This document shows, in pieces, positions 1 to 9,597 of a stretch of 42,611 nucleotides of DNA (positions are counted from its first letter, which is position 1; every line of letters starts with the position of its first letter). The notes under the pieces are model-generated. The model was given only the letters and a program-made list of their open reading frames with translations. It was not told where the DNA came from and ran no database searches. Where the stretch lies: assembly GCA_018825385.1 (NCBI GenBank), contig JAHJEX010000056.1, positions 1-42,611 on the forward strand. The letters run 5' to 3'. The DNA is from Patescibacteria group bacterium (GTDB lineage: Bacteria; Patescibacteriota; Patescibacteriia; UM-FILTER-42-10). The translations under genes were made by a program, and so were the position numbers.

Positions 1-2
1 AA

Positions 3-86
3 CAGGCAATCGCAGCTATCGAAGCGGCTATGCCCCGGACGGATACCGACCTTTCCTGGAGCGGTGCCGATCCGCACGAACGCTGA
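3..86 (+). CDS. 3' end of a gene running in from the left edge (hypothetical)
   Basis: Open frame QAIAAIEAAMPRTDTDLSWSGADPHER-TGA, followed by a terminator-like hairpin with U-tract at ~102-137. Confidence 0.5.
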   Translation, partial: QAIAAIEAAMPRTDTDLSWSGADPHER

Positions 87-340
87 TTCGCACACTCTTC
101 CAAGGGACTCAACATTGCATCGAGCCCCTTTTTTTATTTCCTTTAAAAAACCGTTGCCTGAAAAACGCGGGTCGTGTCCTTATCGCTCAAGAAAAGAATA
201 TGATGTTTTAAATTTTCTTTGGATCCTCGCATCAAGCTCGATAATGACATATAGGCATAAATTCGAATTCGCGTTTTTTTAGAATAAAAAAAAGACCCTT
301 TTGAGCTTAAGCTCATGGCAATGGGTCAAAGCCGTAATGA

Positions 341-841
341 TCATCTGCAAAGATGCTTTTGTGCGTCAATGAATCTCTCGGCGGTCGTGGTCTGTATGGA
401 AGAGGCAATTACGATTTCGATTTCCAATTCGAAGATGGTATAGAGAACCTTGAATAGTTCATCGAGTATAGTCCTGTTTATACCATCTGCATCTTCGCAG
501 ACCATGAATACTTTACCGCTGAATATGATCTCGAAGTATATCAGGTTTTTGCGTCGGGCTTCGTTGTTTGCGACGATGACGCGTAGTTTCAACGGATTGG
601 ATCCGTTCACCAGATACCAGGCCAGAGCTTTGCAGAAATATTCCTGCGGATAGAAAAGATCGATGCTCCAGTTCGGGATGGTGCTGTCCTCAGGAACAGC
701 TAGATCGAAAGGGTGCTTTTCCAGTGGAGTTGCCAGACCGAGAAGAGCCGGCTTAACAGAACCGGCCGCGGAATCTAGAAATTGCTGAAATCCTTCCAAC
801 GCATGAAGATCTTTCAGTTTATCAGGTGCATCTTCCTGCAT
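341..841 (-). CDS. hypothetical protein (166 aa)
   Basis: SD AAAGGAG before ATG; TTGACA-17-TAAAGT promoter at 884-912; terminator hairpin ~285-328. Confidence 0.75.
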   Translation of the reverse strand: MQEDAPDKLKDLHALEGFQQFLDSAAGSVKPALLGLATPLEKHPFDLAVPEDSTIPNWSIDLFYPQEYFCKALAWYLVNGSNPLKLRVIVANNEARRKNLIYFEIIFSGKVFMVCEDADGINRTILDELFKVLYTIFELEIEIVIASSIQTTTAERFIDAQKHLCR

Positions 842-914
842 TACACACTCCTTTCTTGAAAGTGAGAATACCTGATGGCTTGGACTTTATCACTACTGTT
901 TGTCTTTGTCAAAA

Positions 915-955
915 CAAAAACACCAAATTGACTATTATTCTATGGAATAAAAAAA
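915..955 (+). repeat. 41-bp dispersed direct repeat, copy 1
   Basis: CAAAAACACCAAATTGACTATTATTCTATGGAATAAAAAAA; 2 mismatches to 3195-3235. Confidence 0.85.
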
Positions 956-999
956 CCACCGAGTATTGTCCTCAGTGGGGGCAGAAAAGAGCGGTTTGC

Positions 1000-1308
1000 C
1001 TAGGTGTCCAGCTCGACCAGTTTCACTTCCATGGGAAGACCCGACATTACGTCGTCGGTCAGGCTGGTGAACCATTCTCCGTCTTTCAAATCCAGCATCC
1101 GACTGTACTGTTCGAAATTCTTCCCCCAGAGGTGAATCTGGATCTGTCCGTCGGGCGGCATCACGCTGCGCTGCCGGACGAAGGTTTCCACCACCATGCT
1201 GTTCGGAAAGGTGACACGCACGCGGGACGCTACTTCAGGTACATTGTCGGGAAAAACATTGTCTGGCATGATGGCCCTTTCGGATAGGGTTTTGCTCAGC
1301 ATCGGCAT
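1000..1308 (-). CDS. hypothetical protein (true start may be ATG at 1269)
   Basis: TTGACA-17-TATCCT promoter at 1324-1352; GAAAGGG upstream of ATG 1269; terminator-like hairpin ~949-980. Confidence 0.6.
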   Translation of the reverse strand: MPMLSKTLSERAIMPDNVFPDNVPEVASRVRVTFPNSMVVETFVRQRSVMPPDGQIQIHLWGKNFEQYSRMLDLKDGEWFTSLTDDVMSGLPMEVKLVELDT

Positions 1309-1398
1309 AATGCTAAGTGGGGAAGGATAACATATGATTTTTTATGTGTCAATTATAGTTTGTCTTTCATAAAATAAACATGTTATAATCAGAGTCCT

Positions 1399-1770
1399 AT
1401 GAAATACAAAAAACTTACTGTTGAGGAAGAGCAGGTAATAGAGCACAAGGGAACTGAACCCGCTTTTTCCGGAGAATATGACAGACATTTCGGAAACGGG
1501 GGATACTTTTGCCGAAGATGTGACAGTAAGCTTTATAATTCTGAAGATAAATTTGACGCGCATTGCGGATGGCCTTCCTTTGATCAGGAAGTTGCTGGCG
1601 CAGTAAAGCGCTTGCCGGATGCGGACGGCAGGCGAGTGGAGATTCAATGCGCCAGTTGCAATGCGCATTTGGGGCATGTTTTTGAAGGAGAGCAAATGAC
1701 GGAAAAAAACACCCGTCACTGTGTTAATTCTATTTCATTAGTTTTTAAATCAAATGGAGAAGCGAAATAA
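1399..1770 (+). CDS. msrB: peptide-methionine (R)-S-oxide reductase MsrB
   Basis: KGTEPAFSGEY, CxxC, CGWPSF, CxxC-AHLGHVF and RHCVNSISL motifs. Confidence 0.97.
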   Translation: MKYKKLTVEEEQVIEHKGTEPAFSGEYDRHFGNGGYFCRRCDSKLYNSEDKFDAHCGWPSFDQEVAGAVKRLPDADGRRVEIQCASCNAHLGHVFEGEQMTEKNTRHCVNSISLVFKSNGEAK

Positions 1771-2269
1771 AATAGTTTTGGGCGGTGGATGCTTTTGGTG
1801 CGCGGAAGCGGTTTTTGCGTTGCAAAAAGGAGTTATTTCTGCGACCTGCGGTTATGCGGGCGGAGAAACCCCGAACCCAACATATGAGCAAGTAAGTAAT
1901 GGTGAGACAGGTCACGCCGAGGTAGTAGAGATTGAGTATGATCCTTCTATTGCAAGCCTTTCTGCAATTTTGAAAACGTTTTTTGCGATGCATGACCCAA
2001 CCTCATTAAACCGGCAGGGGAATGATGTTGGTACACAGTACAGGTCTGCTATTTACTGGACGGACGAAGAGCAGAAAAAAGAGATTGAGAATTATCTTAC
2101 AATGCTGAAAAGCGAATATACCCAGCCAATTGTCACCGAAGTAAAACTATTGGACAAATTTTACAAAGCGGAAGAATACCATCAGCGGTTTTTTGAGAAA
2201 AATCCAAATCAGGCTTATTGCCAAGCGGTGATTGCACCAAAGGTAGAGAATTTTAAAAAGAGTTTGTAG
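1754..2269 (+). CDS. msrA: peptide-methionine (S)-S-oxide reductase MsrA
   Basis: GGGCFWC, GYAGG, TGHAEVV, RQGNDVGTQYRS and AEEYHQ motifs; overlaps the end of msrB. Confidence 0.97.
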   Translation: MEKRNKIVLGGGCFWCAEAVFALQKGVISATCGYAGGETPNPTYEQVSNGETGHAEVVEIEYDPSIASLSAILKTFFAMHDPTSLNRQGNDVGTQYRSAIYWTDEEQKKEIENYLTMLKSEYTQPIVTEVKLLDKFYKAEEYHQRFFEKNPNQAYCQAVIAPKVENFKKSL

Positions 2270-2308
2270 CTATTATCTAAGCACGATCAATCAAAAAAGA
2301 CATTACTA

Positions 2309-2526
2309 TCCTTCGACTCTCCCACGGCAGCGGAATCACTCAGAAGCCAACTGATGACTTATTCCCTGAGTGGAGCCCCGCTTAAGCTGGACGGAATCGA
2401 AGGGTTATTTTATTGTCGTCCTTCGACTCTCTGTCGTTCGCTCAGGAGATAATGGATTTAATAAATATGTACGCTTCTGGGCGATTTTCCCTCGACTCTC
2501 CCGCATCCGCGGGATCGCTCAGGACA
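2309..2526. repeat. cluster of four REP-like palindromic units (CCTTCGACTC...CGCTCAGG)
   Basis: Units at ~2309-2345, 2364-2404 (inverted), 2419-2447 and 2488-2525 with variable inner hairpins. Confidence 0.8.
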
Positions 2527-2573
2527 AGTTTTGTCTTGAAATAAAAAAAGACCGTTGTCAGTAAGGACGCGGG

Positions 2574-3041
2574 TCATTTGGGGGCAAGTTCGTGCCTCTC
2601 TTGCGAGCGGGGTTCAACCTGCCTGGGGTTTTCGCCGATCTGCTCAGCGAAGATCTGGACTACTTCCGGCGGACACTCGACGGGCGTGTGAACCACCCGG
2701 TCGATGGCGTACTGCATGGAGCGACGGTGAACGTAGAAATCGATCTGCTGGCAGGAGAACTCACCGGGTTTGTAGAGGTCGGGGCGCGAGATGTGGGTCT
2801 GGAGGTCGAAGTATTCGAGTTCATCCACCTCCACATGTTCGCTGTAGCCGACCGCGCTGATGATTTCACCAGCAATCCGGATGCTGTCTCCACGATGCGA
2901 ATTCTTATCCCATTCCTCGAAGGTGTTTATGCTTGTGAAATGGCACTTGCCGTCGATGACTACGTAAAGAACGCGTTGTTTCATGCGTCCGATCGTGATA
3001 CAGATCCAGAATTCCTTCAGCGGGCTTTTGGCTGAATCCAT
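2574..3041 (-). CDS. hypothetical protein (155 aa)
   Basis: SD AAGGAG; TTGACA-17-TAACGT promoter at 3123-3151; terminator ~2541-2577. Confidence 0.7.
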   Translation of the reverse strand: MDSAKSPLKEFWICITIGRMKQRVLYVVIDGKCHFTSINTFEEWDKNSHRGDSIRIAGEIISAVGYSEHVEVDELEYFDLQTHISRPDLYKPGEFSCQQIDFYVHRRSMQYAIDRVVHTPVECPPEVVQIFAEQIGENPRQVEPRSQERHELAPK

Positions 3042-3194
3042 TGGCTCAGACTCCTTGCATTGCCCAAACTTAGACGACTAATCTAATAATCAGGCCCTGT
3101 TAAAAAGAGCATTAGTTTAAATACGTTATCAATAATAAGCCTGTGTGTCAATTCTTGGCTATAATTTAGCACGAAAGTCAATTTTAGCTATTGG

Positions 3195-3235
3195 CAAAAA
3201 CACCAAGTTGACTATTATTCTATGCAATAAAAAAA
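3195..3235 (+). repeat. 41-bp dispersed direct repeat, copy 2
   Basis: Matches 915-955 with 2 mismatches. Confidence 0.85.
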
Positions 3236-3349
3236 GCGCCAATCGATTAAAAAACAAATGTGTACGTGCACCTTTGACAGTTCAGCTAATTCATGATAAC
3301 TTAAGAAACTTGCATAGGTTGTGAACGGTGATCTAGAAAGAGGGGTATC

Positions 3350-3700
3350 ATGAGTTCACCGAAGATTGAAGCGGGAACCAAAATCTGGAGAATGGTAATG
3401 TTCTCTAAATTGGATCCGCCCCATCTGTTTTCTTCGCAATTTCCGACTAACGCTGACGGCCACGCGCTTTTTCGCGCCAATGTCGGCACCAATGTCTTCT
3501 CTACACAGCTCATGGCTTATTCCGCTTGCCAGCAGGGAACGCTCTGCGTCTGTCCGGATCCGATTCCGGATGACTTCACCCACTTTGAAGTGGTGGAAGT
3601 AGGGCAGGGAGAAAATCCCACAGTAGTGAAGCCGGTGGCAGGCGATTCTGCTGAGCACCTGCGTCAGTTCAATCCGCCTGAACGGTGCCGGCTGGAGTAG
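3350..3700 (+). CDS. hypothetical protein (116 aa)
   Basis: TTGACA at 3274 with TG-TAACTT 17 bp downstream; SD AGAGGGG; terminator AGGTAAATCT/AGATTTACCT-T7 just after the stop. Confidence 0.7.
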   Translation: MSSPKIEAGTKIWRMVMFSKLDPPHLFSSQFPTNADGHALFRANVGTNVFSTQLMAYSACQQGTLCVCPDPIPDDFTHFEVVEVGQGENPTVVKPVAGDSAEHLRQFNPPERCRLE

Positions 3701-3890
3701 TCCAGGTAAATCTTGACCAGATTTACCTTTTTTATTCCGATAAAAAAAACCCTTCGAAGCAAAATGGAGGAGAGAGAGTATGAGAATAGTTGTGACTAAC
3801 TTACACTAATCGTTTTGACAGAAGGCAAAAAGTATGCTACAATAACAAATATTACGCTAATGTTAGCGTTTAATTATTAAGCGTAAGCTT

Positions 3891-4976
3891 ATGGGACAAG
3901 AACAAAGAGAAACAACTGTAAAAACTAAAACGTCAGTTGGAGTAGTTAATGTAGCGGTTGCGACGCTACTTATGGGAGCATCTTTGGTGGTTGCTTCCGG
4001 AATTGTTATGGGTCTTGGAAATATTAAAACCGCATCAGTGAAAAAAAGCCCACCAAATGTTGCTGTAACTGAGGTTAGCGTTGATAAAAATGCATTTATT
4101 CCCAAGACTATTGATGATGGTCATGCTTCATTCATGAATTTTATTGGTCGCTTGGATGTTTATAATCAGGGAGTAATGGCAGGATCACTAACTTGGGATG
4201 GTGTATGGCATCCATCTGATAATGTCGGTTCAGATGTTACTGAACCATTATCAATTGAAGTATTTTTGCTTCAAGGTATGGTTACCGACGATGTTCCTTC
4301 TCAAGTTATAACTATGCTTACTGACGGAGGGACAATCACAGATCTTTGCTACCCTGGAGGAAAAGATGTTTCAACAGGAGATTTAAAGTATTATTATGAC
4401 CAAGACGGTATGCCTTACAAAGATGCCGCACTGAAAAACCCAGTTATGACATCTAAATGTACCGAACTACTAAAGAATTCTTACAATCCAATGGATTTAA
4501 TTGGTGGAGAGGTTAATACTGCTTATCCTGATGAAGTTGGTGAAGTGGGGTCAACTATTCGAGCTTGGATTGTCAGAGAGGGTCAAAGTATCGGCGCATA
4601 CTTAGGGAGTGAATATGGCTTCAATATGAAACTGTGGGATGATACTTATAACTTACTTGGTGGTAATGCTCCTTTATCGGTATCACTTGGACATTTTAGT
4701 GAGGGAGTACAGACTATTCCGGAACGGATGTGGAAATTAACATCAGATATTGGCGCTCATGAACTTTGTATACCGGCAGTTACTGTTGAGCCCTATACCG
4801 GCTCCTTCTTCTTCTATAATCAAGAAGGTTACCCATATGCTGATTCTCTATTAACAGAGGCAATTGCCTGTGGACCAAAATCCGGAAAATCGGTGGCCGA
4901 AACAAAAGAAGTAACAAAGGATCTTGATAATTCTGGTGAGTTCATTAATACTTTGCCAGACGAGGTAGTAGAATAA
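3891..4976 (+). CDS. membrane-anchored/exported hypothetical protein with a two-copy internal repeat
   Basis: N-terminal hydrophobic helix; DLCYP..YYYDQDGMPYKDAAL and ELCIP..FFYNQEGYPYADSLL repeats; TTGACA...TGCTACAAT promoter upstream. Confidence 0.8.
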   Translation: MGQEQRETTVKTKTSVGVVNVAVATLLMGASLVVASGIVMGLGNIKTASVKKSPPNVAVTEVSVDKNAFIPKTIDDGHASFMNFIGRLDVYNQGVMAGSLTWDGVWHPSDNVGSDVTEPLSIEVFLLQGMVTDDVPSQVITMLTDGGTITDLCYPGGKDVSTGDLKYYYDQDGMPYKDAALKNPVMTSKCTELLKNSYNPMDLIGGEVNTAYPDEVGEVGSTIRAWIVREGQSIGAYLGSEYGFNMKLWDDTYNLLGGNAPLSVSLGHFSEGVQTIPERMWKLTSDIGAHELCIPAVTVEPYTGSFFFYNQEGYPYADSLLTEAIACGPKSGKSVAETKEVTKDLDNSGEFINTLPDEVVE

Positions 4977-4996
4977 GAAAATCTAGAACTGAAAAT

Positions 4997-5027
4997 AAAT
5001 CCCCCGCATGAAAATGCGGGGGATTTT
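4997..5027. terminator. intrinsic terminator
   Basis: AAATCCCCCGCAT-GAAA-ATGCGGGGGATTT perfect stem with GNRA loop. Confidence 0.9.
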
Positions 5028-5069
5028 GGTTTTGAATAAAAAAACCGCTTCAGGGAAGAAACGGTGGGA

Positions 5070-5462
5070 TTAAAGGGAGCGAATCCGCGGAGAGCGATCG
5101 GTGTCGTACATTTCCTCTCTGGTGTAAGGTTTTCCCCAGAAGATAAAGGGGATTAGGCCAAAGAGCATAATGGCCAGAACCTCAGGGAATGGGTACAGGG
5201 GTCCCAGGAACCACTTACCAATTGCAAGCAGTGATCCCAAATAGAAGATGCCTAGAATCATCCTCAGTCCGTGGTTGTGGTTGCGTTCTGTGGCGATGCG
5301 AATCGCTACAAACAGGAACGGGAAGGCAGTAGCACGGGCCACGATCCAGCACGAAGCGAGGTAGTTGTGGCCCCACTTGTAGGCTGGGTATGATGCCATC
5401 GTGCTTACGAGGATAAGGAATAAAAAGAATCTGATACAAATCCTTTTCATTTGATCCGACAT
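5070..5462 (-). CDS. hypothetical integral membrane protein (about 4 TM helices)
   Basis: Hydrophobic segments; SD GAGGAG before ATG 5462; TTGACA-17-TATTAT promoter at 5502-5530. Confidence 0.75.
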   Translation of the reverse strand: MSDQMKRICIRFFLFLILVSTMASYPAYKWGHNYLASCWIVARATAFPFLFVAIRIATERNHNHGLRMILGIFYLGSLLAIGKWFLGPLYPFPEVLAIMLFGLIPFIFWGKPYTREEMYDTDRSPRIRSL

Positions 5463-5620
5463 GACCACTCCTCTCTTTCCAAGGAAAAGGGCTAGTTAAA
5501 AATAATACTTTTTATAACCGATATTGTCAATAGTAACTTTTTCATATAAAAAAATCCGCCAACTCATGTCCTGATAAGGATAAGTGGCGGTCTAGAAAAG
5601 ATCAAGTACGGCGAGGAGCC

Positions 5621-5968
5621 CTAGGCCCTTTGAACCTTGTACAGTTCATACACATCGAGGTGTACGGAACAAACGCTCTGCGGGTCTCGGAGTAGCACCT
5701 GGATGTGCCCACCCACCGATGCTATTGCGGGACTGAACATGACCAGCCCTTTACCCTTCTCCGCCGAGTTTTTGGGGAAGCGCCACTTGCCCGAGGAGGT
5801 CTGGTGCAAGCGCACCATCATCGGCTGGACACAGGCACTGTGAATATCCTTGGGCGGGTTGAAGCGAGGCATGGGTCGGTGAAAGAACTGGACGGCTTCT
5901 GGTGGCACATGGATGATGTCACCGGGATTGATGGAAAACGTGTGTGGATGATGATGCGGGTCGTTCAC
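5621..5968 (-). CDS. hypothetical protein (start reassigned to GTG 5968)
   Basis: AAGGAGG SD precedes GTG 5968; the ORF-track ATG at 6043 overlaps the -10 of a TTGACA-18-TATAAT promoter (6042-6071). Confidence 0.65.
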   Translation of the reverse strand: MNDPHHHPHTFSINPGDIIHVPPEAVQFFHRPMPRFNPPKDIHSACVQPMMVRLHQTSSGKWRFPKNSAEKGKGLVMFSPAIASVGGHIQVLLRDPQSVCSVHLDVYELYKVQRA

Positions 5969-6206
5969 GACTGGTCCTCCTTGAAAGGGTGGCAGAGCCT
6001 GACATGTTTCTGATACCTTTCTGACCATCAACAAGTTTTTCATTATAGAGGAATTTCGTCATATATGTCAATATAATGCTTTTCACTATGCAGAAATAGA
6101 GAAAAAAATGTTTTGTGATCTGTCAGACTATTAGCTTTAGAGTTCTTTGTTTCTAAAAAAAAGACCCATGTTTTTGATAACAGAGGAGTCAACTGTTTGT
6201 TAGAGT

Positions 6207-6395
6207 CTAGGTAGCAGAACTGGTTGGATTGTCAGTCCGCGGTGCCTTGCAACTGCGACAATGCTTGTCTTCAGGACGCAAATAGTCTTTCTGACAGTTG
6301 CTACAGATTGGCACTATTTTCATTCTTCCGCCACAATTGCCACAAGTATCTTTTCCTGCCAACGATGGTAAATGACAATCCAGGCAAACACGCAT
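6207..6395 (-). CDS. double zinc-ribbon protein
   Basis: Four CxxC pairs in 62 aa; TTGACA-17-TATGAT promoter at 6441-6469. Confidence 0.75.
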   Translation of the reverse strand: MRVCLDCHLPSLAGKDTCGNCGGRMKIVPICSNCQKDYLRPEDKHCRSCKAPRTDNPTSSAT

Positions 6396-6526
6396 ACCAC
6401 ATTCCTTTCCTTGCCTTTTCTCAATTTAAACAGTTGCTACATCATAGAGCGTTGTAATAATATTGTCAAACAAAGACCCCCCGAGTCGGGAGGTCTAGAG
6501 TTAGTAGGATTGCAATTTTGGTAGAC

Positions 6527-8791
6527 TTATCCTTCTAAATCAATTTTATATATATTGTTACCGTTTAAGAGATAAATGGCATTGTTTGATTCGGAAACTG
6601 TGAAGTCCTTCAGATTATCAAAAGAGTCTGAAAAATACTGATTAACTAGCCCGCCGTTTTCATTTAATACCACAATCCGTTTGTTATTTGGGTCCAGTAC
6701 ATAAACATTATCAAGATCAGGTGCTGCATGGATCTTAGTCGGATTAGAGAAAGCGGGATCAATAGTACTAGTCTTAAAATCTTCATCCTTCCCTCCAGCA
6801 AATAATTTCCATACCTCACCATTATTCTTTGCTACATAAACTGAACCGTCAACTGCTATGGAGTTTGCATTAGTCACATCTAAGCTATCGTCTGTAATCC
6901 AAGCGGTACCACTACCCCAATCGTTTGCTGATTTTTCGTGACGGAAGATCTGGTTATTTTTAGTATCAAGAGTATAGATTCTACCAAGATAGGTGTTGAA
7001 ATCTTTTATTGTTTTATCTACGTTTGCTGATTCAACACTACGTTTGGTAAATGAAGCATCAGCAATATTATATTCATAAAAATTGTCAGCGGATGTGTAT
7101 AAAAGGAACAGGTTAGTAGTAAGAGGAATGCCTTTTAGCAAATTACCATCAATAGCACCAGCTGATTCTATGGCAACTGACTGATCTTCCAGAGAAGCAC
7201 TTAAAATAGAATTATCTGCAGACTCATATGAGTAGAGAGTATCACCAATCAAAACCAGTCCGGCAGGGGATAGACCTCCGCCTGCTGTTGCCAGATCAGC
7301 AACCTGATTGGGACCTGTAATCTTCACTATATGATTGACTTTATCCAGCTGATTTTGAATTAGTTGCAAAAGTTCAGTTTTTTTGCTTTGAAAATCTTTT
7401 TCTTCATCCGGAACACTTTGCACCAAAGTCTTTGCTTCACTCAATAGGACCCTGGAGTCTTCTTCATTTTCATAAATTAGCGCAGCTTCTGCTTCCGAGG
7501 TCTTTTCTTCAGCCTGTACTAAAGCTTGCTCGTAGCCTTCCCGTAGCTGTTTTTGATCTTCTCGTTTGCCCAGGTTTACAATATTGAATGCAAATATCAC
7601 AATCAGCAATACCGCAATTCCCAATATTGCCTTACGAGGATTTGACATATTCTTTAAACGAACTAGAAATCTGGCAGTTCCTTTATTGGTATTATGAGGA
7701 AGCGTTCGAATACGACCGCGGATTGTTTCTTTTTTCCTGAATAGACCGCCAATTCCTCTGATACCTAACACTGCCAGTTCAAAAATCCTTTTTCCGGCCA
7801 AAATCGTATAGCTTAAAACAGTAGCAAGGAATCCCTGTCTCTCTGGCTTTCTGTTTTTTATTTTTCTCGTTACTTCTGATTTCTCTTCCGTGTCTTCTGT
7901 TAGTTCCCTTTTTGAAATACGGTTTCTGACTTTTCCGGTAAGAGATTTTATTCCTTTTGAAATATTTGGCCAGATCGATGGCGTGAGTAGTTCTGAAGTG
8001 CTGCGTTCCTGGTCAATTAATCCATCCATTGAATGTTCGGGAGTAGTTCTTTGTGCTCTATTCAGTAGTACAGATGTTGCTTGTGCATCTTCACTTACAC
8101 TGACAACTGCTTCTACTGATTTTATTCCTAAGATTATGGCAATGAATGATGCACCGTTTGAACTATCACCCAAAAGACTTTGAATAGTTCTTACTGCGTC
8201 TTCAGGACTATTCTCTGTGATAATCCTTCTAATTTTTTCCTGAGAGATATAATCCAAAAGACTATTGTTGCAGAACAGTAGGGAGTCATTTTCTTTTACG
8301 TTTCCAGAGATTACATTTGAAAAAATCTTCAAAGGATTTACTTTTCCGCCAGCTTCACCGGCCTGATCAACAATATCAACAATCTTTGTTTTTTGAATAA
8401 AAAAAGCATGCATACCACCAAGTTGAGCAATGTGTAACTCACTTCCTTTATGCACACCGACAATACAGTTGAAAACATCAACCCAGTCTTTTTCACCGGA
8501 TGCGATTAGCTCATGAAGTTTATTGTTGGTTTTTTGAAGCGCATCTTCAAAGGCTAACTCAACATTAATTTTGTCCGATCCGTAGTAGTGATTTTTTAGT
8601 TCCGATTCAACTAGCTGAACCACTTTCTTGTTTATGTCACTCTTTGCATCAATCTCTGTGAGCACAAATAAATGGCCCAAGTTCTGAAGTTCTAGCGGGG
8701 TGATTTCCGGAACAAATACATTTACAGTTGACCTGCCTTGTTCAGGGTTATGGACCAGGAGTCTGGTTATTTTTGCTTTGATGCCATTCAA
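6527..8791 (-). CDS. single-pass membrane protein: degenerate PP2C/PPM-like N-terminal domain, TM helix, C-terminal NHL-like beta-propeller
   Basis: SGxVKENDSLLFCNNSL resembles the PP2C core; TM at ~aa 388-406; IYTLD, SIAVDGSVYV and VYVLDPNNKRIVVL propeller repeats. Confidence 0.75.
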   Translation of the reverse strand: MNGIKAKITRLLVHNPEQGRSTVNVFVPEITPLELQNLGHLFVLTEIDAKSDINKKVVQLVESELKNHYYGSDKINVELAFEDALQKTNNKLHELIASGEKDWVDVFNCIVGVHKGSELHIAQLGGMHAFFIQKTKIVDIVDQAGEAGGKVNPLKIFSNVISGNVKENDSLLFCNNSLLDYISQEKIRRIITENSPEDAVRTIQSLLGDSSNGASFIAIILGIKSVEAVVSVSEDAQATSVLLNRAQRTTPEHSMDGLIDQERSTSELLTPSIWPNISKGIKSLTGKVRNRISKRELTEDTEEKSEVTRKIKNRKPERQGFLATVLSYTILAGKRIFELAVLGIRGIGGLFRKKETIRGRIRTLPHNTNKGTARFLVRLKNMSNPRKAILGIAVLLIVIFAFNIVNLGKREDQKQLREGYEQALVQAEEKTSEAEAALIYENEEDSRVLLSEAKTLVQSVPDEEKDFQSKKTELLQLIQNQLDKVNHIVKITGPNQVADLATAGGGLSPAGLVLIGDTLYSYESADNSILSASLEDQSVAIESAGAIDGNLLKGIPLTTNLFLLYTSADNFYEYNIADASFTKRSVESANVDKTIKDFNTYLGRIYTLDTKNNQIFRHEKSANDWGSGTAWITDDSLDVTNANSIAVDGSVYVAKNNGEVWKLFAGGKDEDFKTSTIDPAFSNPTKIHAAPDLDNVYVLDPNNKRIVVLNENGGLVNQYFSDSFDNLKDFTVSESNNAIYLLNGNNIYKIDLEG

Positions 8792-8988
8792 TTGTTTATG
8801 CCTTTGTAGTTATGAATAAAATAGGGGATATTCCACTTGCATATACCTTATTATTATTGAACATTTTTGCATTTTTCGCAAGTTGGGAAGGTATTTTAGC
8901 ATCATTTACTTCAATGCTTTACATGAATTGTGGAAAAACGTATAATAAAGGCAACTTTATGGTTACAAAAATAACGGATCGAAAATCC

Positions 8989-9594
8989 ATGCTTGAACAA
9001 CTTTTTGGTTCACGAACCAGAGTGAAATTATTAAGACTTTTTCTTTCCGAGCCGGATAAGCTGTATTTTGTTCGAGAAATAACCAGGGTGATTGATGAGA
9101 GAATAAACTCAGTAAGACGGGAATTAAAAAATATGGAAGATATGGGTCTGCTTGTTTCCAGGGACAAAGATCAAAAGAAATTCTATCAGGCCAACTCAAA
9201 CTTTGTCCTTTTTCCTGAATTAAAAAGTTTAATTTTGAAAGCCCAAGTAATATTAGAGGACAAATTGGTATCGGACATAAAAGCACTGGGCAATATTCAA
9301 TACATGGTTCTTACTGGATTTTTCGTGGGCATTCAGGATAATTCTACCGATATACTGCTGGTGGGAAAGATAAATCGGGAAAAGCTGACACGGCTAATGA
9401 ATAAGTTTGAAAAGTTCTTTAACCGAGATATCAACTATACAATGATGACTACTAAGGAATACAAATACCGTCGCGATCTCACGGATCGGTTCCTATACGA
9501 TATTCTGGAAAACAAGAACATAGTCATGATCGACAAGTTCAGCGAAATTCAAAAAAAAGACATCGAGGAAAAAGAAAACAAAGAAACCGAATAA
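8989..9594 (+). CDS. winged-HTH (ArsR/MarR-like) protein with C-terminal nucleotidyltransferase-like domain
   Basis: LFGSRTRVKLL..YFVREITR..INSVRRELKNME HTH and TDILLVG motif; TATAAT at 8941 argues for a start at 8959 or 8989 rather than 8812. Confidence 0.8.
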   Translation: MLEQLFGSRTRVKLLRLFLSEPDKLYFVREITRVIDERINSVRRELKNMEDMGLLVSRDKDQKKFYQANSNFVLFPELKSLILKAQVILEDKLVSDIKALGNIQYMVLTGFFVGIQDNSTDILLVGKINREKLTRLMNKFEKFFNRDINYTMMTTKEYKYRRDLTDRFLYDILENKNIVMIDKFSEIQKKDIEEKENKETE

Positions 9595-9597
9595 AAA

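Noticed and set aside
826-1287. Plus-strand 153-aa ORF
   Set aside because: Crosses a promoter, the 41-bp repeat and a terminator, and is antisense to 1000-1308
2309-2526. CRISPR array
   Set aside because: Units are degenerate, differ in length and orientation, lack regular spacers, and no cas genes are present
2555-3035. Plus-strand ORFs 2555-2860 and 2592-3035
   Set aside because: Shadows of minus-strand 2574-3041, which has the SD, promoter and terminator
341-6469. Classical integron cassette array
   Set aside because: No integrase and no consistent RYYYAAC...GTTRRRY attC sites seen; the genes carry their own promoters
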